A stretch of 64,000 bases of DNA from NCBI GenBank assembly GCA_965199715.1, contig OZ241322.1, positions 1,152,001 through 1,216,000 on the forward strand, written 5' to 3'. A model generated the notes under the pieces. That model saw only the letters and a program-made list of their open reading frames with translations, made no database searches and was not told the DNA's origin. The DNA comes from Vicinamibacteria bacterium. Lineage in GTDB: Bacteria > Acidobacteriota > Vicinamibacteria > Marinacidobacterales > Marinacidobacteraceae. Positions 13,312-22,788 of this stretch are shown here, piece by piece. The position numbers and the translations under genes are program-made. Numbering within the stretch: the stretch's first letter is position 1; every line of letters begins with the position of its first letter.

Positions 13312-14118
13312 TCAGGTTTCCGGGACTTCGGGCCGCCCGGCGGCGACCCAGGCGGTGTACCAGAGACTCGCGACGTCCCGCGCCGAGTCGCTGGCGATGC
13401 GCCCCACCAGCGTTCCGAGCCGCGCCCACATGCCGTCCATGTAGAAGCGGTCGTAGTCGGAGACGCCGCGCCGGGACTCGGCGTCGGTGAAGACGATGTT
13501 GTCCACCCATACGTACGCCTTGACCGGCAGGGACTCGATGAATTCGCGGGGGCGATCCAGATAGACCCCGTCGGAATCCCGCACGCGCAGCTCGTCCGAA
13601 AAGATCGACGGGAGCTCGGTGTCGAACCGGCGGCGGAGGCCGTCGCGCCCGGTGGCCTGGCCGTCGCCTTCCGAAGATGCGTGGAGCGGCATCCCGAGGT
13701 CGGCGGCGAGGAACGCCACGTCGCTCGCCAGCTCGAGCGCCAGCTCGAAGTCGCTCGCCTCGAAGGCCTCGCGAAGCGCGTCCCACGTCTCGGCGAGCCG
13801 CCAGACGCCGTCCCCGTACTCCTCGATCTGCTCCTCCCCGAAGCGCCGCAGCGCGAATTCCCGGGTGGGCGGAAAGTCCACGAACGGGAAGGAGTCGTAG
13901 CGGTCCAGGAAGAACCGGGCCGGATTCCGGTCCCGCGCGGGATCCTCGAGAAGGTCGAGGAGCGTCTCCTCGTATTCCTCGAAGTAGTCCTTGATCGGGT
14001 CGGGGAGCGAGTCGATGGCTTCTTCGGCGATCCGACGGTGGACTTCGGGCCCCCACGCGGCGGCGGCGGCCGCCCCGAAGGAACAGCAGACGAGGATCGG
14101 GATGAGTCGCATGCCCAC
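13312..14118 (-). CDS. Secreted S1/P1 nuclease / Zn-dependent phospholipase C-fold protein, metal ligands partly lost
   Basis: Signal peptide then WG...H; AD...PLH; GQ.TG..G motifs. Confidence 0.75.
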   Translation of the reverse strand: MGMRLIPILVCCSFGAAAAAAWGPEVHRRIAEEAIDSLPDPIKDYFEEYEETLLDLLEDPARDRNPARFFLDRYDSFPFVDFPPTREFALRRFGEEQIEEYGDGVWRLAETWDALREAFEASDFELALELASDVAFLAADLGMPLHASSEGDGQATGRDGLRRRFDTELPSIFSDELRVRDSDGVYLDRPREFIESLPVKAYVWVDNIVFTDAESRRGVSDYDRFYMDGMWARLGTLVGRIASDSARDVASLWYTAWVAAGRPEVPET

Positions 14119-14133
14119 GGCTTCGCCGGAATG

Positions 14134-14883
14134 TTAGTCACTGGACTCCGGGCGGGACCGGGTGACCGTCACCACGTCCACCGGCCCCCAGCCCGCCCGG
14201 GCGAGCGCCCGGATCGCCGCCTCCACGGTGCTCCCCGTCGTGAACACGTCATCCACCAGCAGGATCGGCAGGCCGGCGCGGTCCGCCGCCGGCGCAGCCC
14301 GGAACGCGCCCCGGAGGTTGCGGCGGCGGCCCGCCGGGCTGAGGTCGGTCTGCGGCGGACGGCTCTTGCGGCTCAGGACGCGCGGCAGGAGCGGCGCGCC
14401 GAGCGACCGGGCGACCGGCGCGGCGAGCAGCTCCGCCTGGTTGAAACCGCGCCGGCGGCGGCGCCAGAAGGACATCGGCGCGGGCGCGACCGCCGCCGGA
14501 GGCGCTCCCTCGACGGCGCGCTCCCGGTACGCCCGGACGAGCAACCCGCCGAGCGTCCGGGCGAGAGGCTCGCGCCGCCGGTACTTCAGCTCGGACACCG
14601 CGCGGCGGAGCGGGCCGTCGTGCCGGCCGACGGCGACGGCGCTGCGGAACCGGGGCGCCCGCTCCGGGCAGGACTCGCAGGCGCCGGCGGCGAGTCCGAG
14701 CCGCGGGAACTGGCCGCAGCGCGGGCAGGGCGGCGGCCCGGGCTCCTCGAGCGCGGCGCGGCAGGTTCCGCACGCCGGGTGGAGCAGCGGGTCGGGGAGC
14801 GGCCCGTCGCACAGGCAGCAGGTCCCCGGCCAGAGCAACTGTCCGAGCGCGGCGCGGACCGCCTCGACCCGGGGCCGGGGCAT
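14134..14883 (-). CDS. comF: ComF family (double zinc ribbon + phosphoribosyltransferase-like)
   Basis: Four CxxC; RGFNQA; LLVDDVFTTGST. Confidence 0.9.
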   Translation of the reverse strand: MPRPRVEAVRAALGQLLWPGTCCLCDGPLPDPLLHPACGTCRAALEEPGPPPCPRCGQFPRLGLAAGACESCPERAPRFRSAVAVGRHDGPLRRAVSELKYRRREPLARTLGGLLVRAYRERAVEGAPPAAVAPAPMSFWRRRRRGFNQAELLAAPVARSLGAPLLPRVLSRKSRPPQTDLSPAGRRRNLRGAFRAAPAADRAGLPILLVDDVFTTGSTVEAAIRALARAGWGPVDVVTVTRSRPESSD

Positions 14884-14892
14884 CCGGACCGG

Positions 14893-16227
14893 TCAGTAGC
14901 GGACGGGCGCGGAGACCGGCGCCGGCTCGACGCCGACGACGTCCAGCCGCACGGTCCCGTACCCCTGGCATTCGGGACAGATGTCGAGCTGGCGGTCGCT
15001 GCGCGCCCCGCAGTTCGTACACGCGAACTCGCGCAGCAGGTCGGGCAGCGCCGCCATGGCGTCCCGGGCGCGTCCCACCGCCTCGGGAAAGTCGCCACGG
15101 CTCTCGAGGATGCGGGCCATCCGCGCGTTCAGCGCCGGGGAGCGCTCCCTCGGCAACTGGCCGAAGCACTGCAGCGCGTCGTCCAGCATGAACAGCCGGT
15201 CGTAGAGGCGGCCGAGAAAGTATCCGCACTCCGGAGTTCCGCTCCCGCCCGCGATCGCCGCCTTCCAGATCTGGATCGCCTCCTCCGGCCGGGTGCGTTG
15301 CAGGTGGTGGTCCTGAAGCGCGACGAGGAGCGCGGTGGAGGAGGTCCGCTCGAACCCGCGCTTCCACGTGTCCTCGGCGGCGGTCTCGTTCTTCGCCATC
15401 AGGTACGCCTCGCCGAGCCGCAGCCACGCCGGCGCGGCGCCCGGATCCTCCTCCAGCACCTTGCGGAAGACGGCGGCCGCCTCGACCGGCTCGCCCGCCT
15501 CGAGCAGGGCCGCCCCGTCGGCGTGCCGGAGCGCGAGCGCGCGCCGCGCCTCCGCCGGGCGCCGGTCCTCGGGCGTCGCCCGCACGAGCCGCTGCTGCAC
15601 CTCGAGCGCCGCCCCCGGGAAACCGGCCGCCACGTGGAGGTCGCGCAGCCGGGCGAGCGCCTGCGGGGTCGGTTCCGGATCCTCGGCGACGGTGGTCTCG
15701 AGCAGCGCCCGCGCGTGCTCCGAGCGGCCGAGCGCGACCTCGGCCTCGACGAGCGCGTAGGCCGCGCCCACGTGGCTGCGGTCCTGCTTCACCACGTCGT
15801 CGAGCTCGTCCACCGCCTCGCCCGGGCGGCCGAGGCGCATCAGGCACTCGGCCTTGCGCATCAGGATCCGGACGTCGGCCCCGGTCTTCTCCTGGGCGGA
15901 GGCAAGGGTGCCGAGCGCGTCGGCCCAGCGACCGGAAGCCATTTCCTCGAGCCCGAGCAGGAACAGCCGCTCCCCCTCGTCGAACGCGGCGCGGGACCCC
16001 CGCATGCGCCGCTCGCGCAGCGCCCGCCGCGCCCATCCGAACAGGTCGAGGCCGAGCGCCAGCGCCGCGCCAGCGCCCACCGCGCCGAGGATCACCCGCC
16101 AAAGCTCGACTTCCATCGGCAGGAAGAGCGGCAGCCGCAGCGTGACGGTCTCCGGGTTCGCGTCCACCACCAGCAGGGCGCCGGTCGCGAGCGCGCCCGC
16201 GCCGAGAAGAAGGACCAGCGCGCGCAT
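14893..16227 (-). CDS. lapB: LapA-domain + TPR + rubredoxin protein (LapB-like)
   Basis: Two N-terminal TMs with N...V.L (LapA-like), TPR repeats, C-terminal CTNCG...CPEC. Confidence 0.7.
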   Translation of the reverse strand: MRALVLLLGAGALATGALLVVDANPETVTLRLPLFLPMEVELWRVILGAVGAGAALALGLDLFGWARRALRERRMRGSRAAFDEGERLFLLGLEEMASGRWADALGTLASAQEKTGADVRILMRKAECLMRLGRPGEAVDELDDVVKQDRSHVGAAYALVEAEVALGRSEHARALLETTVAEDPEPTPQALARLRDLHVAAGFPGAALEVQQRLVRATPEDRRPAEARRALALRHADGAALLEAGEPVEAAAVFRKVLEEDPGAAPAWLRLGEAYLMAKNETAAEDTWKRGFERTSSTALLVALQDHHLQRTRPEEAIQIWKAAIAGGSGTPECGYFLGRLYDRLFMLDDALQCFGQLPRERSPALNARMARILESRGDFPEAVGRARDAMAALPDLLREFACTNCGARSDRQLDICPECQGYGTVRLDVVGVEPAPVSAPVRY

Positions 16228-16240
16228 CGGAAGCCCGATT

Positions 16241-16612
16241 CTAAGGGCCGCCCTCGGAGGGCTCGGGGACCAGCCGGGCGGCGTCGCCCCAGAGGCGTTC
16301 GAGCTGCACCGACTCGCGCCACTCGGGCGACATGACGTGCACCACGAAGTCCACGTAGTCGGCGAGCACCCAGCCGCCCGAGGGATAGCCCTCGAAGTGG
16401 AGCGGCTTGCGTCCGAACCGCTCGCGGAGGCCGTCCGCCACCCGGTCCGCGACGTTGCGCCGGCGGCGCTCGCTGGCGGCGCTCGCGATGACGAAGAAGT
16501 CGGTGAAGTCGGCGAGGCCGCGCAGGTCGAGCGCCACCACGTCGTCGGCCTTCTCCTCCTCGGCGAGGCGCGCCGCGTGCCGGACGACCTCGTCGATCGG
16601 GGGCGCGGTCAT
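16241..16612 (-). CDS. rsfS: Ribosome silencing factor
   Basis: EKA.DVV.LDL, DFFVIAS, WVLADY.D.VVH, LERLWGD; next to nadD. Confidence 0.93.
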   Translation of the reverse strand: MTAPPIDEVVRHAARLAEEEKADDVVALDLRGLADFTDFFVIASAASERRRRNVADRVADGLRERFGRKPLHFEGYPSGGWVLADYVDFVVHVMSPEWRESVQLERLWGDAARLVPEPSEGGP

Positions 16613-17238
16613 CGGTAGAGCCCGAGCGCGGCGATCCGCGCCTCGACCCGCTCGGGGACCATGCCGGTGACCGGAAGGCGCTCCCGCAGGCGCCGACGGA
16701 TCACGCGGGAGCTGACGTCGGGGAGCTCCGCGTCCAGCACGAGCAGGAGCGGGGGGACGATCTTGGTCGCCGGATCCTCCGACACGCGGGGGCGCAGCCG
16801 GGCGGGCAGCCGGGCGACCGCGTCCCGGGCGCTCGCGCCCGCCCGCGAATGAACGGCCACCGGGAACCGGGCGAGAAGCTCCTCATGGCGGCTCCACGTC
16901 TCGATCTCGCGGAATGCGTCGGCGCCGACCATGAGCAGCGGGGCCGGTCCGGCGTCGCGGGCGATCTGGTTCAGGGTGTCGAGCGTAAACGATGGTCCCG
17001 ACCGGTCCAGTTCCACGGCGCTGGCCGCGAGGCGCTCATGCCCCCGGACGGCCTCGCGCACCAGCTCGAGCCGCGCCTCCGGGGACGCGGCCGGCGCGGG
17101 CCGGTGCGGCGGGACGGCGGCCGGGACGAGAAGCACCTGCGCGAGATCCAGCCGGTCGCGGGCGGCGACCGCGGCGGCCACGTGGCCCACGTGCGGCGGA
17201 TCGAAGGCGCCGCCGTACACGGCCCGCAGGTCGCTCAC
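16609..17238 (-). CDS. nadD: Nicotinate-nucleotide adenylyltransferase
   Basis: GGAFDPPHVGH, PPHR, GAD, VSS..IR. Confidence 0.93.
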   Translation of the reverse strand: MSDLRAVYGGAFDPPHVGHVAAAVAARDRLDLAQVLLVPAAVPPHRPAPAASPEARLELVREAVRGHERLAASAVELDRSGPSFTLDTLNQIARDAGPAPLLMVGADAFREIETWSRHEELLARFPVAVHSRAGASARDAVARLPARLRPRVSEDPATKIVPPLLLVLDAELPDVSSRVIRRRLRERLPVTGMVPERVEARIAALGLYR

Positions 17239-18230
17239 GGCAGGATGCGGGCGGCGAGCGCGCCCACGACCTCGCGGCAGCCGTCCCCGGTCGCCGCCGA
17301 GATCGCGAAGAAGGAGAGCCCGCGTTCCGAGGCGGCGCGCCTCAGACCCTCGACCCGCTCCGGGGCGGCGGGCAGGTCGGTCTTGTTGCCCACGACGATG
17401 GCCGGCTTTTCGGAGAGCCCCGCGCCGAATCGGTCGAGCTCCTGCCGGAGCACGGCGAGATCGGCGGTCGGGTCGCGTCCCGACGCGTCGGAGACGTCCA
17501 CGAGGAACACCACGAACGCGGTGCGGGAGAGGTGCTTCAGGAAGCGGATCCCGAGCCCCGCCCCGCCGCTGGCCCCGGGAATGATCCCGGGCAGGTCGGC
17601 GATCACGAACTCGGCGTCGACGTCCACGCGGACCATCCCGAGGTTGGGCGCGAGGGTCGTGAAGGCGTAGTCCGCGATCCGGGGCCGCGCCGCGCTCACC
17701 CGCGCGACGAAGGACGACTTCCCCGCGTTCGGGAACCCGAGCAGCCCCACGTCGGCGAAGAGGCGCAGCTCCAGCCGCAGCTCGCGGGAGACGCCGGGCC
17801 GGCCCGGTTCCGCCCGCCTCGGGGCCTGGTTCGTCGCGGTGCGGAAGACCGCGTTGCCGCGGCCGCCGCGGCCGCCCTCGGCCACGACGAGGGTCTCGCC
17901 GTCGGCGACGAGATCGCCCAGCAGGACGCCGCTCTCGGCGTCGAATACGGCGGTTCCGGCGGGCACCCGGATCGACAGATCCGAGCCCGAGCGCCCCTGG
18001 CGGTTGTTGCCGGAGCCGTGCCCGCCCGAGTCCGCCCGGTAGGAGGGGCGGAAGCGGTGGGAGGCGAGCGTGTTGCGGCCGCCGACGGCGAGGAGGACCA
18101 CGTTTCCGCCCGCGCCGCCGTTGCCGCCGTCGGGGCCGCCCTTCGGGACGAACTTCTCGCGGCGGAAGCTCGCGACCCCATTGCCGCCGGCGCCGCCGGA
18201 GACCCGGATCAGCGCCTCGTCAACCAGCAT
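17235..18230 (-). CDS. obgE: GTPase ObgE/CgtA
   Basis: Gly-rich Obg domain, GFPNAGKS, YAFTT, DLPG, NKTD. Confidence 0.97.
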   Translation of the reverse strand: MLVDEALIRVSGGAGGNGVASFRREKFVPKGGPDGGNGGAGGNVVLLAVGGRNTLASHRFRPSYRADSGGHGSGNNRQGRSGSDLSIRVPAGTAVFDAESGVLLGDLVADGETLVVAEGGRGGRGNAVFRTATNQAPRRAEPGRPGVSRELRLELRLFADVGLLGFPNAGKSSFVARVSAARPRIADYAFTTLAPNLGMVRVDVDAEFVIADLPGIIPGASGGAGLGIRFLKHLSRTAFVVFLVDVSDASGRDPTADLAVLRQELDRFGAGLSEKPAIVVGNKTDLPAAPERVEGLRRAASERGLSFFAISAATGDGCREVVGALAARILP

Positions 18231-18263
18231 GGAGAACCCGGCCCGGAGGGCGGGCCGGAGGCG

Positions 18264-18518
18264 TCAGGCCGCGTCGATCGCGATGAACCGCCCGAGGCGT
18301 CCCCGGTCGCGGAACTGCACCACCCCCGCAACCCGCGCATAGAGCGTGTCGTCCCTGCCGCGCCCGACGCCGGGCCCGGGCTTGAACCGGGTGCCCCGCT
18401 GGCGGACGAGGATCGCGCCGCCGAGGACCCGCTCGCCGGCGAACCGCTTGACTCCGAGCCGCTTGGAATGGCTGTCGCGCCCGTTGCGGGAGCTTCCCTG
18501 ACCTTTCTTGTGCGCCAT
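18264..18518 (-). CDS. rpmA: 50S ribosomal protein L27
   Basis: [16 protein letters not shown]. Confidence 0.98.
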   Translation of the reverse strand: MAHKKGQGSSRNGRDSHSKRLGVKRFAGERVLGGAILVRQRGTRFKPGPGVGRGRDDTLYARVAGVVQFRDRGRLGRFIAIDAA

Positions 18519-18520
18519 GG

Positions 18521-18841
18521 CTATTTCCTGTCGATGGATTCCACCCGGATGGAGGTCGCCGCCTGCCGGTGCCCCTGCTTCTTGCGGTAGCCCTTGCGCC
18601 GCTTGCGCTTGAACACGAGCACCTTGGGATCGCGGGTCACGGCGACCACCGAGGCGGAGACCGAGGCGCCCCTGACGTACGGGGTTCCGACGAGGCAGTC
18701 CCCGGACTCGGCGTCCTGCACCACGAGCACCCGGTCGAAGGTGACCGTCTCGCCGACTCCGGCCGGGAGCTTCTCGACCGAGAGCCGCCGCCCGGGCTCG
18801 GCGCGGTGCTGCTTGCCGCCGGACTCGAAGATCGCGTACAT
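18521..18841 (-). CDS. rplU: 50S ribosomal protein L21
   Basis: [27 protein letters not shown]. Confidence 0.97.
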   Translation of the reverse strand: MYAIFESGGKQHRAEPGRRLSVEKLPAGVGETVTFDRVLVVQDAESGDCLVGTPYVRGASVSASVVAVTRDPKVLVFKRKRRKGYRKKQGHRQAATSIRVESIDRK

Positions 18842-18868
18842 GGGGGCGCGGACTCTAGCAGAAGCGGG

Positions 18869-20101
18869 TCACGAGACCCGGATGGACGCCAGCATGTCGG
18901 CGTTGGAGGGCGTGCGCTCCATGCGGCCCAGCAGCAGCGACATCGCCTCCATGGGCTTGAGGCCCACGAGGGCGCGACGGAGCAGATGGGTGCGGGGGAG
19001 CTCCTCGGGGCGCAGGAGCAGCTCCTCCCGGCGGGTTCCGGACCCGTGAAGGTCGATCGCCGGGAAGATCCGCGACTCGGCCAGCTTCCGGTCGAGCACG
19101 AGCTCCATGTTGCCGGTGCCCTTGAACTCCTGGAAGATGACCTCGTCCATCTGGCTGCCGGTATCCACGAGCGCCGTGCCGAGGATCGTGAGGCTGCCGC
19201 CGTCCTCGATCTTCCGCGCCGCGCCGAAGAACTGCCGTGGGAACTCGAGCGCCCGGGAGTCGATCCCGCCGCTCATGGTCCGGCCCTTGCCCCGCATCTC
19301 GCGGTTGGCGGCGCGCCCGAGGCGGGTGATCGAATCGAGAAGGATGAGCACGTCCTCCTTCATCTCCACGAGCCGCCGGGCCTGCTCGAGGACGACCCGG
19401 GCGACCCGCACGTGATCCCCGGCCCCGCTGTCGGCCGTCGAGGCGACGACCTCGGCGTCCGGGACCGCGCGGCGGAAGTGCGTGACTTCCTCGGGGCGCT
19501 CGTCGATGAGGAGGATGATGAGGTGGACCCGCGGGTAGTTCTTCGCGACCGAGGCGCCGATCTGCTCGAGCAGGATCGTCTTGCCGGTCTTGGGTGCGGC
19601 CACGATGAGCCCGCGCTGGCCGTAGCCGACCGGCGCGATCAGATCGACGACCCGAAGCGAGAGCGGCGGCTTCTCCTCGACCGCGAGCTCGATCCGGGGG
19701 GCTGGATGCTCGCTGACGAGGTCGCCGAAGTTCCGGCGCGGCGGCAGTTCGCCGAGCGGGTAGCCGTTCACCTCCAGCACCGTGTGGAGGTCGGCGCGGA
19801 GCGGGCCGCCCCGCCGGCGCCCCCGCCGGGGCGCGCCGTGGAAGCCGAGGATGGTCTGGCCCATCCGCAGGCGATGCCGGTCGATCAGGCTGAACGGCAC
19901 CCGCACGTCCGACTGCCTCGGCAGGTAGTTGTTCTTGAGCAGGCGCAGGTGGCCGCTGTCGCGCGGGCCGACGTCGAGCACGCCGGTGATCTCGATGTCC
20001 TGCCGGACGCGCGGCTCCCGCTCGGGCGGAGGCGGGGATTCGGCGGGCGGCGATCCCGCGGCCGCCTCGTCCGGCTCCCTCGGAAGGGACAACTCGGGCA
20101 T
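18869..20101 (-). CDS. rho: Transcription termination factor Rho (divergent N-terminus)
   Basis: GYGQRGLIVAAPKTGKT, IDERPEEVT, LDSITRL, EFKGTGNME, SGTRREELL. Confidence 0.93.
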   Translation of the reverse strand: MPELSLPREPDEAAAGSPPAESPPPPEREPRVRQDIEITGVLDVGPRDSGHLRLLKNNYLPRQSDVRVPFSLIDRHRLRMGQTILGFHGAPRRGRRRGGPLRADLHTVLEVNGYPLGELPPRRNFGDLVSEHPAPRIELAVEEKPPLSLRVVDLIAPVGYGQRGLIVAAPKTGKTILLEQIGASVAKNYPRVHLIILLIDERPEEVTHFRRAVPDAEVVASTADSGAGDHVRVARVVLEQARRLVEMKEDVLILLDSITRLGRAANREMRGKGRTMSGGIDSRALEFPRQFFGAARKIEDGGSLTILGTALVDTGSQMDEVIFQEFKGTGNMELVLDRKLAESRIFPAIDLHGSGTRREELLLRPEELPRTHLLRRALVGLKPMEAMSLLLGRMERTPSNADMLASIRVS

Positions 20102-20377
20102 GGGTTCTTTCCTGGTGTCTCCGATGGCCGGCGCACGCGCCGGGGGTCTCGATGGGATGCGGCGCACCGGGCCCGTCCCCGGCGCTTCCCTTCGCGCCGA
20201 CAGCGGGACTTCGCCTTTCCGGGCTGCGGCCGGAAGGATGCGCCCGCGAGCCAGCGCGGGGAGAACGGCCGCCCGCTGACTCGATCGCCGGTCGGGGAGT
20301 TCCGCCGGACGCGCGGAACGCGGACGAGGGGGTCGGGGTCGCTCGACGAGCGACGGTGAACCTCCTGTTCGGAAGGA

Positions 20378-20386
20378 ACGATAGCA
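20378..20386 (-). promoter_or_regulatory. Putative extended -10 (TGcTATCGT) for rho
   Basis: TGn-TAnnnT about 275 nt upstream of the rho ATG. Confidence 0.45.
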
Positions 20387-20417
20387 CGCGGCCCGCCGCA
20401 TAGACTCCCCGCCGCAC

Positions 20418-21749
20418 ATGGCCCGCCCCTCCACGAAGCCGGTCAGCGGGATGCGCGACCAGTTGCCCGACGCGGCGCTGCGGCGCCGGGAGGCCGTCCG
20501 CCGGATCGAGGGCGCGTTCGCGCTGCACGGCTTCCGGCCGTTGGAGACCCCGGCGATGGAGCGCCTCGACACGCTGCTCGGCAAGTACGGCGACGAGGGC
20601 GACCAGCTCATCTACCGGGTGCTGCATCGGGGCGAGCGGCTGCGCCGGGCGCTCGGGCGCGAGTCCGTGGGGCAGGAGGACCTGGCCGAGCTCGGGCTGC
20701 GCTACGACCTCACGGTGCCGCTGGCCCGGGTGGTGGCCGAGTACCGGGAGTCCCTGCCGACGGTCTTCCGGCGCTTCCAGATCCAGCCGGTCTGGCGGGC
20801 CGACCGCGCCCAGAAGGGGCGCTTCCGCGAGTTCACCCAGTGCGACGCGGACATCGTCGGCAGCGCGTCGCTCCTCGCCGACGCCGAGGTCGTGACCGTT
20901 CTGGACGCCGCGCTCCGGGCGCTCGGCTTCACCGGCTTCACGATCCTGTTGAACCACCGGGAGGTGCTGCGGGGGCTCATCGCCGCCGCGGGGATCGCTC
21001 CCGAACGCGAGGGCGCGACGCTCGTCGCGCTCGACAAGCTGGGGAAGGCGGGCCGCGACGGCGTCGCCGAAATGCTCTCGGGGATCGAAGGCGTGGGCCC
21101 GGACCGGGCGCGGCGCCTGCTCGACCTCATGCCCGAAGGCGGCGGGAACCGGGAGCGGATCGCCCGGCTCGGGGCCACGCTCGAGCCGGGTCCGGCGCGG
21201 CGCGCCGCCGACGACCTGATCGAGCTCGCCGACATGCTCGAGGCGGCGCCGCTGCGGTTCGATCCCAGCCTGGCGCGCGGGCTGAGCTACTACACCGGCC
21301 CGATCTTCGAGGTCGTCGCCAGGGGCGGAGCCGGGTCGCTTGCGGGGGGCGGGCGCTACGACGGACTCGTCGGGATGTTCTCCGGACGAGACGTTCCCGC
21401 GACCGGATTCGCGCTCGGCATGGAGCGGATCCTGATGCTGTTGGACGCCCCGGCTGCGGACGCGGCGACGAGAGCGATGCTTTGCCGGACGCCCGAGGTT
21501 CCCGACCCGGATCTTCTGCGGGTCGCGCGGGAGCTTCGCGGGCTCGGCGTCCAGGTCGAGGTGCAGGTGGACCGGATCAAGCTCGGCAAGCAGCTCGCCC
21601 GGGCCTCGGCGGCCGGCTTCGGCGCGGCGCTCATTCTCGGGCCGGAGGAGCTGGAGCGAGGCGAGGTCACCGTCCGGAATCTCGCGACCCGCGAACAGGC
21701 GCGGACGCCGCTCGCCGGGGTCGCGGCGGCGCTCAGCCCGGGAGCCTGA
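20418..21749 (+). CDS. hisS: Histidine--tRNA ligase
   Basis: LRYDLTVP, GRFREFTQCD, RGLSYYTG, GGGRYD, GMER. Confidence 0.97.
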   Translation: MARPSTKPVSGMRDQLPDAALRRREAVRRIEGAFALHGFRPLETPAMERLDTLLGKYGDEGDQLIYRVLHRGERLRRALGRESVGQEDLAELGLRYDLTVPLARVVAEYRESLPTVFRRFQIQPVWRADRAQKGRFREFTQCDADIVGSASLLADAEVVTVLDAALRALGFTGFTILLNHREVLRGLIAAAGIAPEREGATLVALDKLGKAGRDGVAEMLSGIEGVGPDRARRLLDLMPEGGGNRERIARLGATLEPGPARRAADDLIELADMLEAAPLRFDPSLARGLSYYTGPIFEVVARGGAGSLAGGGRYDGLVGMFSGRDVPATGFALGMERILMLLDAPAADAATRAMLCRTPEVPDPDLLRVARELRGLGVQVEVQVDRIKLGKQLARASAAGFGAALILGPEELERGEVTVRNLATREQARTPLAGVAAALSPGA

Positions 21750-22788
21750 CCTCGAGGAATTCGAGATCGTCCGACGGCTCGAGGATCGCGGCCGGGCGCT
21801 CCGGGGGCAGCAGGAAGAGATCGCCCGGCGCGACGGCCTCCTCGGGCGCGTCCGCGACCTTGAGGCGCATCCGGCCCTCGCGCACGAAGCCGAAGAGGAT
21901 CCGCGCGGAGTGGCTCGACTCGGGAACCGGTTCGCCCGGAATCCGCCGGGCCACCGAAACCCCGGCGATCCCGCCGGTGGCCGCTCCGATCCCGGTCTCC
22001 CGGTGCTCGAACCCCGGGATCCGGAAGGCCGTCCACTTCGCCACGGCGAGGCGATGGCGGACGAAGCGGGTCCCCGCGAAGTCGCGCTCGGGCCGTAGCC
22101 GCGGCGTCGGCAGCTCCATCGCGTGGTCCATGCGCGTCATGTGCTCGGCGGGAGTCCCGACTTCCACGACCTCGAGGCCGTCCGAAGCTTCCAGCACCCG
22201 GTGGCGGATCTCCGGGGGCTGGATCACGCAGTCGCCCGCCTCGAGGACGAAGGGCGGTCCCTGGTCCTCGTACACGACCCGCACCCAGCCCCGGTGGCAG
22301 AAGATGAGCTGGAACCCGATCTTGTGGAAGTGCACCTGGTCGGGGACCGGGCCGCCGTCGGGGATCCGGATGTGGGATGCGATGAGGGCGCCGCCGAGCC
22401 GGTCGGGGATGAGATCCCGGTAGAGCATCCCGGCGCGGCCGACGCCCCACGAGCCGCTGCGGCGCACCTGGAAGCGGACTTGCGGCTCGGGGATCGCGAG
22501 CGGCGGATCGGCGGGCTCGACGTGGACGCGATGGCCGCCCGGCGAGACCAGTCGGCCGGTGGGTTCGCCCTCGAGCCGGAGCCGCGCCGGCGCCGGGTCG
22601 GGCGACCGCTCGAGCCGCAGTGCGAGGCCGTGCCCGGAGATCGCCGCCCACGCCGGATCGTCGGCGGGGCCGATGGCGTCCAGCCGGAACCCCAGCCGGT
22701 CGCGGAAGAACCGCAGCTCGGCGTCGAGGTCCGCGGTCTTCAGCCGGACTTCGGCGCGCCGGACGCTCAGGCCAGGTTGAGCTGCCAC
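21733..22788 (-). CDS. VOC + cupin domain protein
   Basis: FF...LGF N-terminus; HFH..GFQ...C..GW and GD...QPP.IRH cupin motifs. Confidence 0.75.
   Translation of the reverse strand: MAAQPGLSVRRAEVRLKTADLDAELRFFRDRLGFRLDAIGPADDPAWAAISGHGLALRLERSPDPAPARLRLEGEPTGRLVSPGGHRVHVEPADPPLAIPEPQVRFQVRRSGSWGVGRAGMLYRDLIPDRLGGALIASHIRIPDGGPVPDQVHFHKIGFQLIFCHRGWVRVVYEDQGPPFVLEAGDCVIQPPEIRHRVLEASDGLEVVEVGTPAEHMTRMDHAMELPTPRLRPERDFAGTRFVRHRLAVAKWTAFRIPGFEHRETGIGAATGGIAGVSVARRIPGEPVPESSHSARILFGFVREGRMRLKVADAPEEAVAPGDLFLLPPERPAAILEPSDDLEFLEVRLPG

Noticed and set aside
18231-18263. GC hairpin between rpmA and obgE as a terminator
   Set aside because: No U-tract, and such stems arise by chance at this GC content
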